Shown here piece after piece: positions 53,441 through 64,000 of a stretch of 64,000 nt of DNA. The stretch is from assembly GCA_030704615.1 (NCBI GenBank), contig CM060731.1, forward strand, positions 80,972,001-81,036,000, read 5' to 3'. Within the stretch, counting starts at the first letter, position 1. Each line of letters opens with the position of its first letter. The notes beneath the pieces are model-generated. The model ran no database searches. It saw only the letters and a list, made by a program, of their open reading frames with translations, and was not told the origin of the DNA. Both the position numbers and the translations under genes were made by a program. This stretch comes from Takakia lepidozioides (Eukaryota > Plantae > Bryophyta).

Positions 53441-54322
53441 ATTGTGTGGACTAGTGACTGCCATAGTGGGCAGCATAGTGGCAGCCTAGTGACTGACTAG
53501 TTGTAGCCTAGTGGTTGGACTAGTGACTGACTAGTTGTAGCCTAGTGGTTGGACTAGTGGTGAACTAGTGATATACTAGTGTATGGCGTGCACATGTGTT
53601 GTGTGGTTTTGGACAATGATGTAGTTGTGTTTCAAAGTCGTGGAAGTGAACATGATCATGGTTTAGTATGGATTTTCAATTCGTCAATTTTTGAAATATC
53701 AGATAATATTGATATCAAAAAATTATAGACAAATACGTTACATGTGACAATAGCGTGTTGCTTGAAGATATGAAAGATGCACAGCTTCATTGTCATAGAC
53801 GCACTTGAAAAAAATAAAAATAAAAATATTTGCCGGTTCCACTATCCACTTCCTCCCATGAAAAAAACTACCATTGTGCTTCCACTCTTATAACTATCAG
53901 ATGATTCACAACAAATATAAGATTAACAAGTGTACACAAGCGTTGGAGTGCTCATCAATCGGTGAAACAATCATGTAGCATTATCTTCAAGCGGTTGTAC
54001 TTATCGATGATGGCACACTGGTCGGCATGGGTTTCGTGTAGGCTAGGGAACTGTTCGATAGCAAGCTTGCAATCAGCAACGCCTTCCTCCAACGCCCACA
54101 AAGTAGTACTTTGTAGGCGTCGATATAGTCACTTATGTCCATGGTGTCGTGCGCATACATATCGCTACACAACTACATCGTTGTCCAAAACCACACAACA
54201 CATGTGCACGCCACACACTAGTATATCACTAGTTCACCACTAGTCCAGCCACTAGGCTACAACTAGTCAGTCACTAGGCTGCCACTATGCTGCCCACTAT
54301 GGCAGTCACTAGTTCACACAAT
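53441..54322. repeat. Foldback with arms 53441-53630 and 54167-54322 and a ~535 bp spacer
   Basis: The arms are reverse complements apart from a few substitutions and an extra ~34 bp tandem unit in the left arm. CTAG-rich. Confidence 0.9.
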
Positions 54323-54638
54323 GATAAAGAAGAAGAATACAAGCACGAGCTCACAAATCTGAAGCATAAACTCATGCATATATAACCTCATCACTCAAAT
54401 ACAAGTCAAGCCAAGTGCACCCCACGCCATGAGGAATCCACACTACGGCACCATAGCCAAGCGCGGTGAGGCTCAACTCGAGAAAGATGAGCCTCCCGCG
54501 CTTGCCGTGAAGATAACCACTCCAGGGCCTAAATCTGCCTTGACCCCTGGATTGACACTTGGGCCAATCCCAAATGTCAATATGTAAAAGCTAGCTATTT
54601 CCTAGCTAGTTTCACACTAGTGGTAAAATAACTTGACA
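54322..54638 (-). repeat. Inverted copy of LTR 36098-36413
   Basis: Reverse-complement match with a handful of differences. Flanks CACAA and GCTGT are not a target-site duplication. Confidence 0.92.
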
Positions 54639-54639
54639 G

Positions 54640-57600
54640 CTGTCGGTTACAAAAAAAATCAGTCACTTGTCCAAACAAGTCATTTTGTTTAACTAATAGT
54701 TTTCGAAAAGAATTCATTCTATGATTGTAATAATGTGCATAAGTAACAGGGTCGGAATCGAACGAGTTCCGTAATGTCTCCACGTTCTAAATGTTTGATT
54801 TGTTCTGAAGACAATTTTTTCTGGGCTAGCTGACATATTGTATTGATCAAAGATTTCCAATTTGCTTCTGCGTTCGTGAAACTACAAAAAATGTTGGTGG
54901 GCTGAGTTGGCGTATCATAACAAATATATCTTTACGTAATCCTTGCAAATAATGTGGTGATGTTCAGACCTTCTCAAGTTTTCTATATCCTAAGTGAGAT
55001 CATAGTATTGTATCAAGGTTTGATTTATAACTAACTCGCTTTGTTGTTAGTTTACGCCCTTGAAGCTGACCTTTTCTAATTCGAATCTAAGATAATGAAA
55101 GTATAAAATGAATTCTATATAATTGGAATATGACATGCTAATGTGCTGTTATGAAGAGTGAACTCTTGCAATTGCTTGATATGAATAATTTTTTATAATT
55201 TCCCCAGGATGAGAACATGTTCATAAAACAAAGTTGGGAAATTGTATTTTTCACTATTATGATCTCGAAAAAGTCCAAGCGATTATTTTCAAGTGAGACC
55301 TATATTGAGTATTTGAAGCGAGAGTTCAAGTGGGACGAGCCGCTGATCACGTTATAAGGTGCAATCGATCGATGGGTTAGATACTGCATGAAGGTGGGGC
55401 CCAAGGAAAGGGGCTACATGTTTTTCAAAGATATTTTTTCATTTTTAGCCCTTGGTCTGGATCTTCAGCTCTATCCTGATGATTCCTTGAGTTGGCTACA
55501 TGCGGTACTTCTAAGTTCAGCAAAGAGCTACAAAAGCGTTTGCCGAACTGCTCCACGCTACGACACTTGGAGCGATTGCATAAGTATTACGTTCATGATC
55601 AAATATTTGTTCAACATCAATGAATTATCTACGAATGTGTCTGTGGGAGTATTCTCATGTATTTCTTCCAAAAAATCATTAGTATTTTGGTCTTTAACAT
55701 CGTCTATGATTGTTTGGAAATCCTCAGACAATTCAAACATATTTTTCTAATTTCTTCTTATCAAAACATTGACAAGTTGATATAATGGAATTCCACAGAA
55801 ATCATGTAATGCTTTGCTAAGAAGACGAAAATGTCCGAGGTCCCTGGGAATCCTTTAAATATGTATTAATACTCTGGTGGTAGAATCCGGGAGTTTTGCA
55901 GAGGTGAAGATGTTCTGAAGATCCGGGTTAGAGGCAATATACGTGCAGTTGCTGAGGGCAGCGATGCGCTGAATTTACTGGGAGGTTATGGAGGTGCTTC
56001 TGTTGGACAAGTGGATAGCATTTGTCGACACTATGTGATAGATCCAAGGAATCATGATCACTATAATTTGATGGACTAATGGAATTTAGTGGTTGATTCC
56101 GCCTATGTATTGTAGGCATTTGAGGCTCGATGCAGCCTTCAGGAGTTCAATAGTGTTTTGAACTGGGCGAGGGCAGTTGGTGGACCTTTCTATGGATGGG
56201 CGTTCAAGTACTACGTTCACAAGTTAGCTACGTCCGCTGATGGTTTTTCTATTAAGGTTAGAAAGTTTGGGGAGTGCTGTTGATACTGATCCTGGAGAGA
56301 AGTATGAGATCATTGGTGGGAAAGTGACTCATGAAGGCGTTAATGAATTGCAGTGCAATACTTTTCTTTGCACTTGGTCTGCTAGTTTTGAATCAAGGTA
56401 CTGGTATCCCAAATATTCGCAATTTCCTTGTATAGACTGTATTGCTAAGTGTGTGAAAATTATCTCGGATGGACAAGATGGCTTGAAGAGAGTGGAGATT
56501 TTAGCATATATTCAGATTATTGTTGGTGATAGTCACACTCTGGATGGAGATAAGTTGAACGAGTTGGATGCGACATTTAGCAATGATCGTAAGGATAGAG
56601 CGTACATTGCCGTCCGACGTCCTTGAAAAGTTGGAGCGGACGTGCTATGTAGACTAACTGACACTTATCGTTCTGCTGCCGTTCTCCGATATGTTGGGCA
56701 TCTCAATGTTAAATGGCTTTTGAGAGGTTAGGAAGCTGGTTAGACTTCGATCATCAGATTTCGCTCCTTGCAGAAGGAGGTGAGATTTTATCCATCAGAT
56801 TTCTTTCTTTCGTTATTGTTGCTTCATCTTGGGAAAGACGTAGGATTAAATACAATTAAGAAAGTAAGTTCTATAAAGAATTCAATTTCCGCACAATTCA
56901 GTCTAGCCAGAAATAAGGAAAATAATAAATACTCTGTTTTTTTTAAAAATTCTAAAAAATTCAGCGCCATTAACTTCTTCTATCTACACCGCAGCAGAAG
57001 CAATCTGAATTACTTAAAACTGAAATCGAAAAGATTGTAACTCCGGGACATACAGCATGGAGGAGTGGCAATTTATTCTAGGGGTGATGTGTCACCACCC
57101 TTGGAATTCAGCGCCATTAATCTGGATTACTTAAAACTGAAATCGAAAAGAGTATAACTCCGAGACATGGAACATGCAGGCGTGACAATTTATTCCAAGG
57201 GTGGTCACTCACCACCCTTGGAATAAATTGTCACTCCTCCATGCTCCATGTCCGTGATCAACTGGATAAAAGGAAACATTGACTCATTAGCCCACACGTA
57301 AAATTCGACCTCAGCCTAATACAATCCCCTCCACGACAACTTCTTTATTTCCACCCCTAATATTGCACCAACGCCGAAGAGAGATTTAAAGAGCTTCAAA
57401 GATAGCACTAAATCATTCTTGGCAATGACAATAAATTCAGCATTGGTGAATCTCATTTTAAATTGCGTCCCACTTGCATCGTGTTGTCATCTTCTTGAAT
57501 TTCTCGGTATACTCGTCTTTGTGCTGTAACTCATAGGTGTCCTCACCCCTGCACAACATTTCAACAATGCTCAACATTAGTTGTAGTTTCTACTAGAATT

Positions 57601-58140
57601 GTTGAAACAAAAAGTCTAGCCACCTAGCCCTGAAAAGATTATGCGAGACATGACAAAATATGCTTACCGGAAAGACTCTCCACCTTCAGTCTTAGCTCCA
57701 AGCAACGCATAATGTAACATCCTCCTCCTCTTCTGGGATTAGTTTAACACCCAATGAATGCCGGAGGGCATTCAAATCATCAATATTTATAGTCGATGCA
57801 GCCCTTGTCCGCGACAATGATTCTTACATCCAGCCAAACATGAGATCCAGCTTACTGTGGATTTGTTCTGTCTCTCTTCCTACATATCCGAACAAGAACA
57901 TCATACCATCATGTTCCCAAACATGAAGTAATTAAGCTCCAAAATATATACTCCCAAAATTACAGACGAGTCTCCCTCTGTATACACACCGGTCACTAAG
58001 TGTTGTAAGACATATTGGATTTTATCAATATTTGTTGGAACATTAATAATGCTACCGCGAATGCCAAATTGAGCGAATCCATGCAGCTGATATATTTGTG
58101 CAAATGCCATTCGAGGGCTGCAAGACGTTCATCATTCACC
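54640..58140 (-). mobile_element. Degenerate Helitron RepHel N-terminal remnants
   Basis: ERLAALRMAFAQIYQLHGFAQFGIRGSIINVPTN (~58030-58135), YLQGLRKDIFVMIRQLSPPTFF (~54885-54955) and SDPVTYAHYYNHRMNSFRKLL...FGQVTDFF..VT (54645-54760), cut off by the inverted LTR just before the expected EFQxRG/HUH motifs. Confidence 0.7.
57164..57252. repeat. Hairpin with 42 bp stem (3 mismatches) and 5 nt loop; partial tandem copy at ~57000-57105
   Basis: GACATGGAACATGCAGGCGTGACAATTTATTCCAAGGGTGGT-CACTC-ACCACCCTTGGAATAAATTGTCACTCCTCCATGCTCCATGTC. Confidence 0.9.
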
Positions 58141-59378
58141 GGTTATGCATTCGGGATTGGATTGCTAGGATAGGCGAAGGTCGGCGGTGGAGTTAAATTG
58201 GGATACCCCTCCCATAAAAATGGGCAGAAAAAGTAATGACCCAAATTTCTTGTAGTCTACCAAGGGATAACCCCAACCCCCCCCCCTCTCCCCCCTCCCC
58301 AACCCCACCATTCAATAGGTGTAGCTCGCTTTTCCAGTTTGGTGGTGGGTTAGGGAACACTTCCACGTGGACCCGGTGGTGCTGGGGTCGAATCGAGGCT
58401 GATGGCCCCTCGGGTCCTATTGACCTATGTGGACAACAAGAAAATTGACTTGACTTTTGCCAACCACTTCCATGTACCAAAGTTCTAATAAGTTGGCTAC
58501 AAGCCATGTTGGTACAAATTCCAATAACACACTATACAATCTAAAATCCTGCCACAATACATGACATTGCAGAAACTACATATGAAAGTAACTCGCCGAA
58601 CATGTATACCCACACCCCTAGCGCAATTCACAAGAACCCCAATTTCTCGGTGCATTAAATTGGACCGGGCTTTGCCTACAAAGGATATATGGACGGCTAG
58701 AACAACTCTTTTGACGTCAAAATTCAAAATCCGGCACAAATGCTCCACATGGAAGCCACTCACTTATTTTCCATTTGGCCGGTGTTGGTGCATGATAAAG
58801 AGCAAAAGTGTGAGACTTTATATATGAGTGTTCTTGTCACAAGGAACAGGGAGGGTAGTAGGAAGATTCCGGGCATGTGAGTGACGACGACCTCCGACGG
58901 CGAAGTGAGACGATCGTGGACGTGCGCTGACGCTGCCGTGCCGGAACAGACGCAGCTGCTCTCGCACGGCACCGGAGCTGCGGCCCCGAGGCTTCACATG
59001 GGATGGATCGCTCGGCGGGATTGAGCGAGCGTTTGTGGGTTTGGAAGCCTCGTCACGCTCGTGTTTGACAGAATCCCCTGTTCATTCCCTCGCTGACTTG
59101 TGCGGTGATGGTGATTTGAGTGGGGTGAGTCGCTCTGGAGGCGGAGCTGGTGAATCCGTTGTGGGGGAGCACTCCTCCCCCTCTAGGTGTGGTGGGTTTG
59201 GAAACTCCTGCATGCAATGTGTTTGTGTTCTTCTCTCCGTTGAGGTTGGGGTTGGGGTAGGTTTTCATGAATTTGGTTGAATGCCTTTCAATATTCGTGA
59301 CTTTGTGTGTCTCTACTCTTTTTCTCTGCCGGGTCTGGGTGTTTACAGTATCCTGTAAGCTTGATCAGCGAGAGAATT

Positions 59379-59380
<2 letters not shown>

Positions 59381-59439
<59 letters not shown>
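59381..59439. repeat. (GA)n microsatellite 5' of the trihelix ORF
   Basis: Read directly from the sequence. Confidence 0.95.
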
Positions 59440-59441
<2 letters not shown>

Positions 59442-59520
59442 GTTGGCTTGGCGGGTAGCATTTGCAGTTTTTGGGGGTGTGGGAATTTCTATCTCTGTGT
59501 CCTCCCGCTTCCTCTGTACA

Positions 59521-60267
59521 ATGGACAGCGACAGGAGCCAGACACCTGTATCCTTGCCGCATATGAGCATGATGGCCGCTCTGGCTTTGCCATCAGTGAA
59601 TTCTGAGAAGAAACCGTCAACTGGTACGAAAAATGGAGAGGAGAAGCGGGAAGAGTGGTCGGCCCGCTCCATCGCCCTCTTCCTGGATCTGTATGAGGAG
59701 AAGTACTTTGATATGGACAGGGGTAACTTTCGGCAAAGGGATTGGGAGCAGCTTGTCGATCGCTTCAACCAGGAAGGAGGGGGAGGAAAATCAGTCAAGC
59801 AGTGCCGCGACAAGATGGATTCCTTGAAAAAGCGCCACAAGCTTGAGAAAGCAAAGAAGGCGAGCACAGGAGCTGAAACTTGTACGTGGATTTGGTTTGA
59901 CAAAATGGATGGGATGTTTGGAGACAATCCCAAACACTTAGGAATGTTAGCAGCCCTTGAGGTGGCCGACAAGTTTCCCGGGGACAAATATCCTGGGGAC
60001 AAATTTCATGTAATGGATACTGAAAATTTGTTGGAGGAAGTTGAGCCTCCAAGAATTGTAGGTAACTGGAGACAGGCCAAGAAGGTTTTGAAGGAGCTTC
60101 CCCTTTCTGCTGAAGAGCGGGGAAAGGCCAGAACTCTTCTTCTTGAAAAGAAAGAGGAGGACAGATTAGAGTATTTTGAAGGGGACTTCGAGGAAATCAC
60201 ACATGGGTTGAAGATGCTGATCGAAAGGAGCTGCTTCAACCCGTCAGGTGGTGCGGCCCTTCATTAA
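59521..60267 (+). CDS. Intronless Myb/SANT-like (trihelix-type) DNA-binding protein
   Basis: EWSARSIALFLDLYEEKY...GNFRQRDWEQL...KSVKQCRDKMDSLKKRHKLEK...WIWFDKMDGMFG. Open from ATG 59521 to TAA 60267. Confidence 0.8.
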   Translation: MDSDRSQTPVSLPHMSMMAALALPSVNSEKKPSTGTKNGEEKREEWSARSIALFLDLYEEKYFDMDRGNFRQRDWEQLVDRFNQEGGGGKSVKQCRDKMDSLKKRHKLEKAKKASTGAETCTWIWFDKMDGMFGDNPKHLGMLAALEVADKFPGDKYPGDKFHVMDTENLLEEVEPPRIVGNWRQAKKVLKELPLSAEERGKARTLLLEKKEEDRLEYFEGDFEEITHGLKMLIERSCFNPSGGAALH

Positions 60268-62699
60268 TTCAGGAGTGTGTCCCTTGCTATGCCTGGATGT
60301 CTACTAAACACTTGATGTTCTCTCTATTAGCATCTTTCCTTGAGTGTTGTCCTAAATTTTTTCCTTCCTTTTAGTATCTGTTGTCATTTGCTCTTACTTT
60401 TTCTGTGGGCTCTCTTGAACTCGGCGCTACAGACTCCTATTCTAGTCTTTGGGTGTCGCCGCAACCTAGTTGACTTTTTTACCTTGTATATCTAGGAAAT
60501 GGCCTCTAGTTGGAGGAGCTGTGCTTGTCTTGCGGTGCCAAGGTCCTACCATTAGTGGGTATGATGAGCTTTATTTGAAACTTCGCACCCCAGCTTTTCT
60601 CTCGTTATAGAGAGTTTCTTATGCAGGATTCAGCCAACATCAATCCCTTTTCCTTCTCCACACTTCCTTCATACCTGCAAATCTTAAAATCGCACTAGGC
60701 TGCAACATCTATTGAAAATAGTTGTGTCTTTAGCGACAAACACCCTTATTTTCAGCTCTTGCACATGTCCTTGAACAGCACTTTCCTTTTGTATAATTGA
60801 GTGCAGGACCACCCAGTAAAGCAAAATACTGTTGGCAACGTTCTGCATTTTGCTGTATGATATTTGGTACTAGCATGCAGTTCATATCTTTGGGACCCCC
60901 CCATTTTCTTCTACTGAACTGTTATTTCTCTCATGCAGGTTCCTCAGGAGCAAACCAGATGGATTATGTAATGGCCTCTGACATGCAGCGAAGGCTTGAA
61001 GAACTATTAACTGGTACAGAAACAATTTCCACATCTTATTTTATTTTCTTACCATTGACTATTGTCCTCAAGGGGATGCACACTCTGTTCATGGGCAAAA
61101 CTTCAAGTTTGTTGAAAATCAAAGTCTACAAACGGGTGTAGATTTGCTGCAGAAGCGCAATTACACCATGTTGACAGGTTTGAGCAAGGCAATCATTCGC
61201 TGCTCACTGCAACTGTGTGCCAGACCAGTGATGCCTTAAGTGGATGTATTGTTAGTTAGTTACGGCAACTAAGACAGTAGTTGTGCATTGGTGACATCTT
61301 GTTGGTCTATGAGCCATTTTTTGGGTGCGCTGTTCTGCCTGTGTTCATGCATGGTTTTTTGTTTGCAGATGTGATTGTCCTCAAGCGGCGCACGTCATCA
61401 GATTTGCGGTTGACCACAATCACCAAAAGGGGTCGGGGATGAAGATGTGAAGATTTATGAGGGGTCTACGTGGCAGAAACCTGATCCCTGTGTTGGAAAG
61501 ACACCCTGTGCATATTCTGCAGTGTAGTAGATGATGGATGCTATAGTGTTAGACAGGGGATCATAGTCCTCAAGAAGCATTGGACTTGTGGATGAATGTA
61601 TCAAAGGGAACACCTTAGAAATCCTTGCAAGGCCCTGACTTTGCTTTGGAGGAGGGGGAGCTAGAGTTTTATTTGGTTACTGTAAGCCCTCAACGGCTTT
61701 AGACCAAATCGAAACCCCAGTTTGGAAAGTTGGCAATGGATAAGCCGCCTCATCATGGACAGCGGCATGTTGCTGTCACTTTTGAGGAGATTGCGACTGG
61801 CCTCAGAGAGAAGATGCATGGTGGAGTTTCTGACGTCATTTTTGGGAAGTGCAAGTGTTTCTCTATGAGGGCAAAGATGAGGAGATCCCCTCTTGGAGGT
61901 CAAACTCTGAGGTGAGTTGAGGGCAGGGGTTGGGATGATTCCTGTTGATGTGAGAGATGTGGATGAGTTTCCTGGCCTAATTGGTGCTGTTTGGCTACTT
62001 TAAGGCTGAAGAGACCATGCCTAAATGAGTCAGACTGGCAGATCTTCTCAGTCACTTCACACATAGTTTCTTAATCTGAATACTGGCCGGTGTCTAGGGG
62101 CCTCGAGAAATTATGGGAAAATGCCCGCAGCTAGTTGTTGCATCAGGTATATGCTCGGAGGTGTGAGGATGGATCAAAACCCTAAACACGACTCAATGTG
62201 CAGGATGGACATGACTGTTGATGGAGAGGGATAACGCAATCTTGGACATACAATGAAAGGCAATCAAAGAGATCTGCAGGAAGGCAACCAGCCAAGCAGC
62301 TGGAGGCAATCCCCATAGGGACTAGGAGGTGGAGGCTCATAATTTCAATAAGAAAAGTACCCACAGCAGCGTGTTTACGTGCTGCTTATGGGGCCCACAC
62401 CCAACTGGTACAGTCATATGAGCACAGGACAAGCCAGTTTTCTAACCAATCAAGCTTCATAGCCAGCAGAATTGTGGCATACCAAATGCCTTGTAAATCT
62501 GTGGCGAAATCAGGATTGCCAAGCCCCATGCCAACTACAACTTGTGCAATACTGGTTATGTAGGCCAGGGCCCATCTCGATCTTGTATCAATTCTCCAGC
62601 TTCACATGTCCCTGGCATTGGACAGCTGCCATGCCAAAGTACAACCCCTGCCTTCTTCTTGCAGTAGTTTTGACTCATTGGCATGTGACTTAAGATTGA

Positions 62700-63750
62700 G
62701 GCCAGGTTGAGACATCAATGATCCACTGTAAACCTCTACATTGGGGTTTTACTTGTGAAATGCTGCGGGAATATGAACAGCAGGACTGCTATTGCAAGGT
62801 CCTTCTAATCTATGGATGGATCCACTGTAAACCTCGACATTGGGGTTCCCTATCAATGAAGGTGAGGTATTTGGTTGCTGGCACCTTGAAGGTAGAGAGG
62901 GTCCTGTGTGTTTTTGGATCATCATGGAGAAATTCAACAGTTCATACAGGTGTTGAAGGGGTCATCAGCCACTTTGTAAATTGAGTAGTGCAAGCTGCTG
63001 CAGCTGTCTACTGAAGTGTGATGTACTCTTCCTGATGCTCCCCTTTGTTAGTGAACGCCAGAGAAAAGGATGGACTGTAAAAAATATGAGAAAGTGAACA
63101 AGGCTTTGCTGAGTGTAGAACAACTACTCTCCATGCATAGCCGAGGAGAGTGATATGGTGTTGCACCATTTGCCTTCCAATCAATTGTTGAAGTGAAGTT
63201 GCTGGTAGGACTTGCGTTTTTGATAAGGCAAAGTATCTCAAGAGTTCCAGGTTAGGAATGTCCTTGGAAGATACCAAGCCTACAATTGAGCTGTGACAGG
63301 GTTGTGACCTGCTTGGTGTCTGCAAAATGGTGTGGCATCTGCATGCATGTTTACAGTTTTGGGCCGGATCCACAGAGGTTGGAGGGGGCACATGTGCAAA
63401 AGCTTCGGATCAACGATTTTACAATGCCATGAGATCCATGGAAATGTGAAAAACCAGTCTGTTGACATGGCTGCAAACTCTCACTCAGGAACTTGGCTTC
63501 CTCATTGGTAAGGCAGCCCAGCTTTGGTGTAATAGTTATAGTGCTATCACAATGGCAAACAATAATCCAATGTTTCACACCGGTACTAAGCACATAGTGG
63601 CGCATTACCATTTCATCGAAGAAAAAATATTGAAAGGAGAAGTAGACTTAGATCACCGTGTTGCATCAAAAGTCAAGTTGCTCATATATTCATAAAACCC
63701 TTGGTGAAACAAAAGTTTATCCATTTCAGAGATGCTCTGGGACTGGTCAG
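62700..63750 (+). mobile_element. Highly degenerate Ty1/copia RT-RNase H remnant
   Basis: LTQELGF...LWCNSYSAITMANNNPMFHTGTKHIVAHYHFIEEKI matches the copia RNase H pattern (CDN..AI..A.NP.FH.RTKHI...YHF.RE). A weaker MxxCKP RT-like motif occurs at ~62718. Confidence 0.7.
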
Positions 63751-64000
63751 CATACAACATGTATCAACCAACAAAAGTGTTGTACGAATGCTGAAACTTC
63801 CCAGCTAACTAATGGATTTTCTTCAATCGATCAGGAATAGGATAGGGCAGATAAAACGAAGTATCAGTGGAATAATCAATAGAGCATTCCATTGTACTCA
63901 GTAGAATAGTATTCCGAAGTCATAATTCCTGTAGGATAATCCATAGAACTCTCAATCCCATATTCATACCACTCTGAACAGACCTCTATATCTGGATACT

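Larger units (their letters stand above)
36098..54638 (+). mobile_element. Ty3/gypsy LTR retrotransposon encoding gag-PR-DNA cytosine methyltransferase-RT-RNaseH-INT-PHD; degenerate, with a nested chromovirus and rearranged 3' end
   Basis: Domain motifs are collinear on the + strand (see sub-features). TG...CA LTR at 36098-36413, PPT at 53431-53440, inverted LTR copy at 54322-54638. Linking the 5' LTR to the coding region is an inference from position. Confidence 0.8.

Noticed and set aside
36098-54638. DIRS (tyrosine recombinase) element or TIR DNA transposon, suggested by the inverted ends
   Set aside because: It encodes a protease and an HHCC-DDE integrase; no tyrosine recombinase or transposase was seen.

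Overview
Repeat-rich eukaryotic nuclear DNA, most likely from a non-seed land plant with C-to-U organellar RNA editing (PLS/DYW PPRs, GT-AG introns, a Replitron). 0-16 kb holds a truncated organellar-protein gene, two disrupted PLS-PPR arrays in convergent orientation (one ends in DYW), remnants of a gene with OSB-type PDF motifs, an inverted duplication and a tRNA-derived SINE. 17-29 kb holds an intact 10-exon prephenate/aspartate aminotransferase gene (-) and a 3-exon CASP-like gene (+). 29-35 kb holds a Replitron HUH pseudogene and a probable low-quality assembly duplication. The main finding spans 36.1-54.6 kb: a Ty3/gypsy LTR retrotransposon with domain order gag-PR-[C5 cytosine DNA methyltransferase]-RT-RNaseH-INT-[PHD finger]. 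It has a PBS complementary to its own LTR (self-priming), a satellite in its 5' leader, its partner LTR in inverted orientation behind a foldback, and a chromovirus nested in gag. 54.6-64 kb holds a Helitron remnant, a hairpin, an intronless trihelix Myb/SANT ORF and a Copia remnant. All calls come from manual motif reading; no searches were run, and many frameshifts could be consensus errors.
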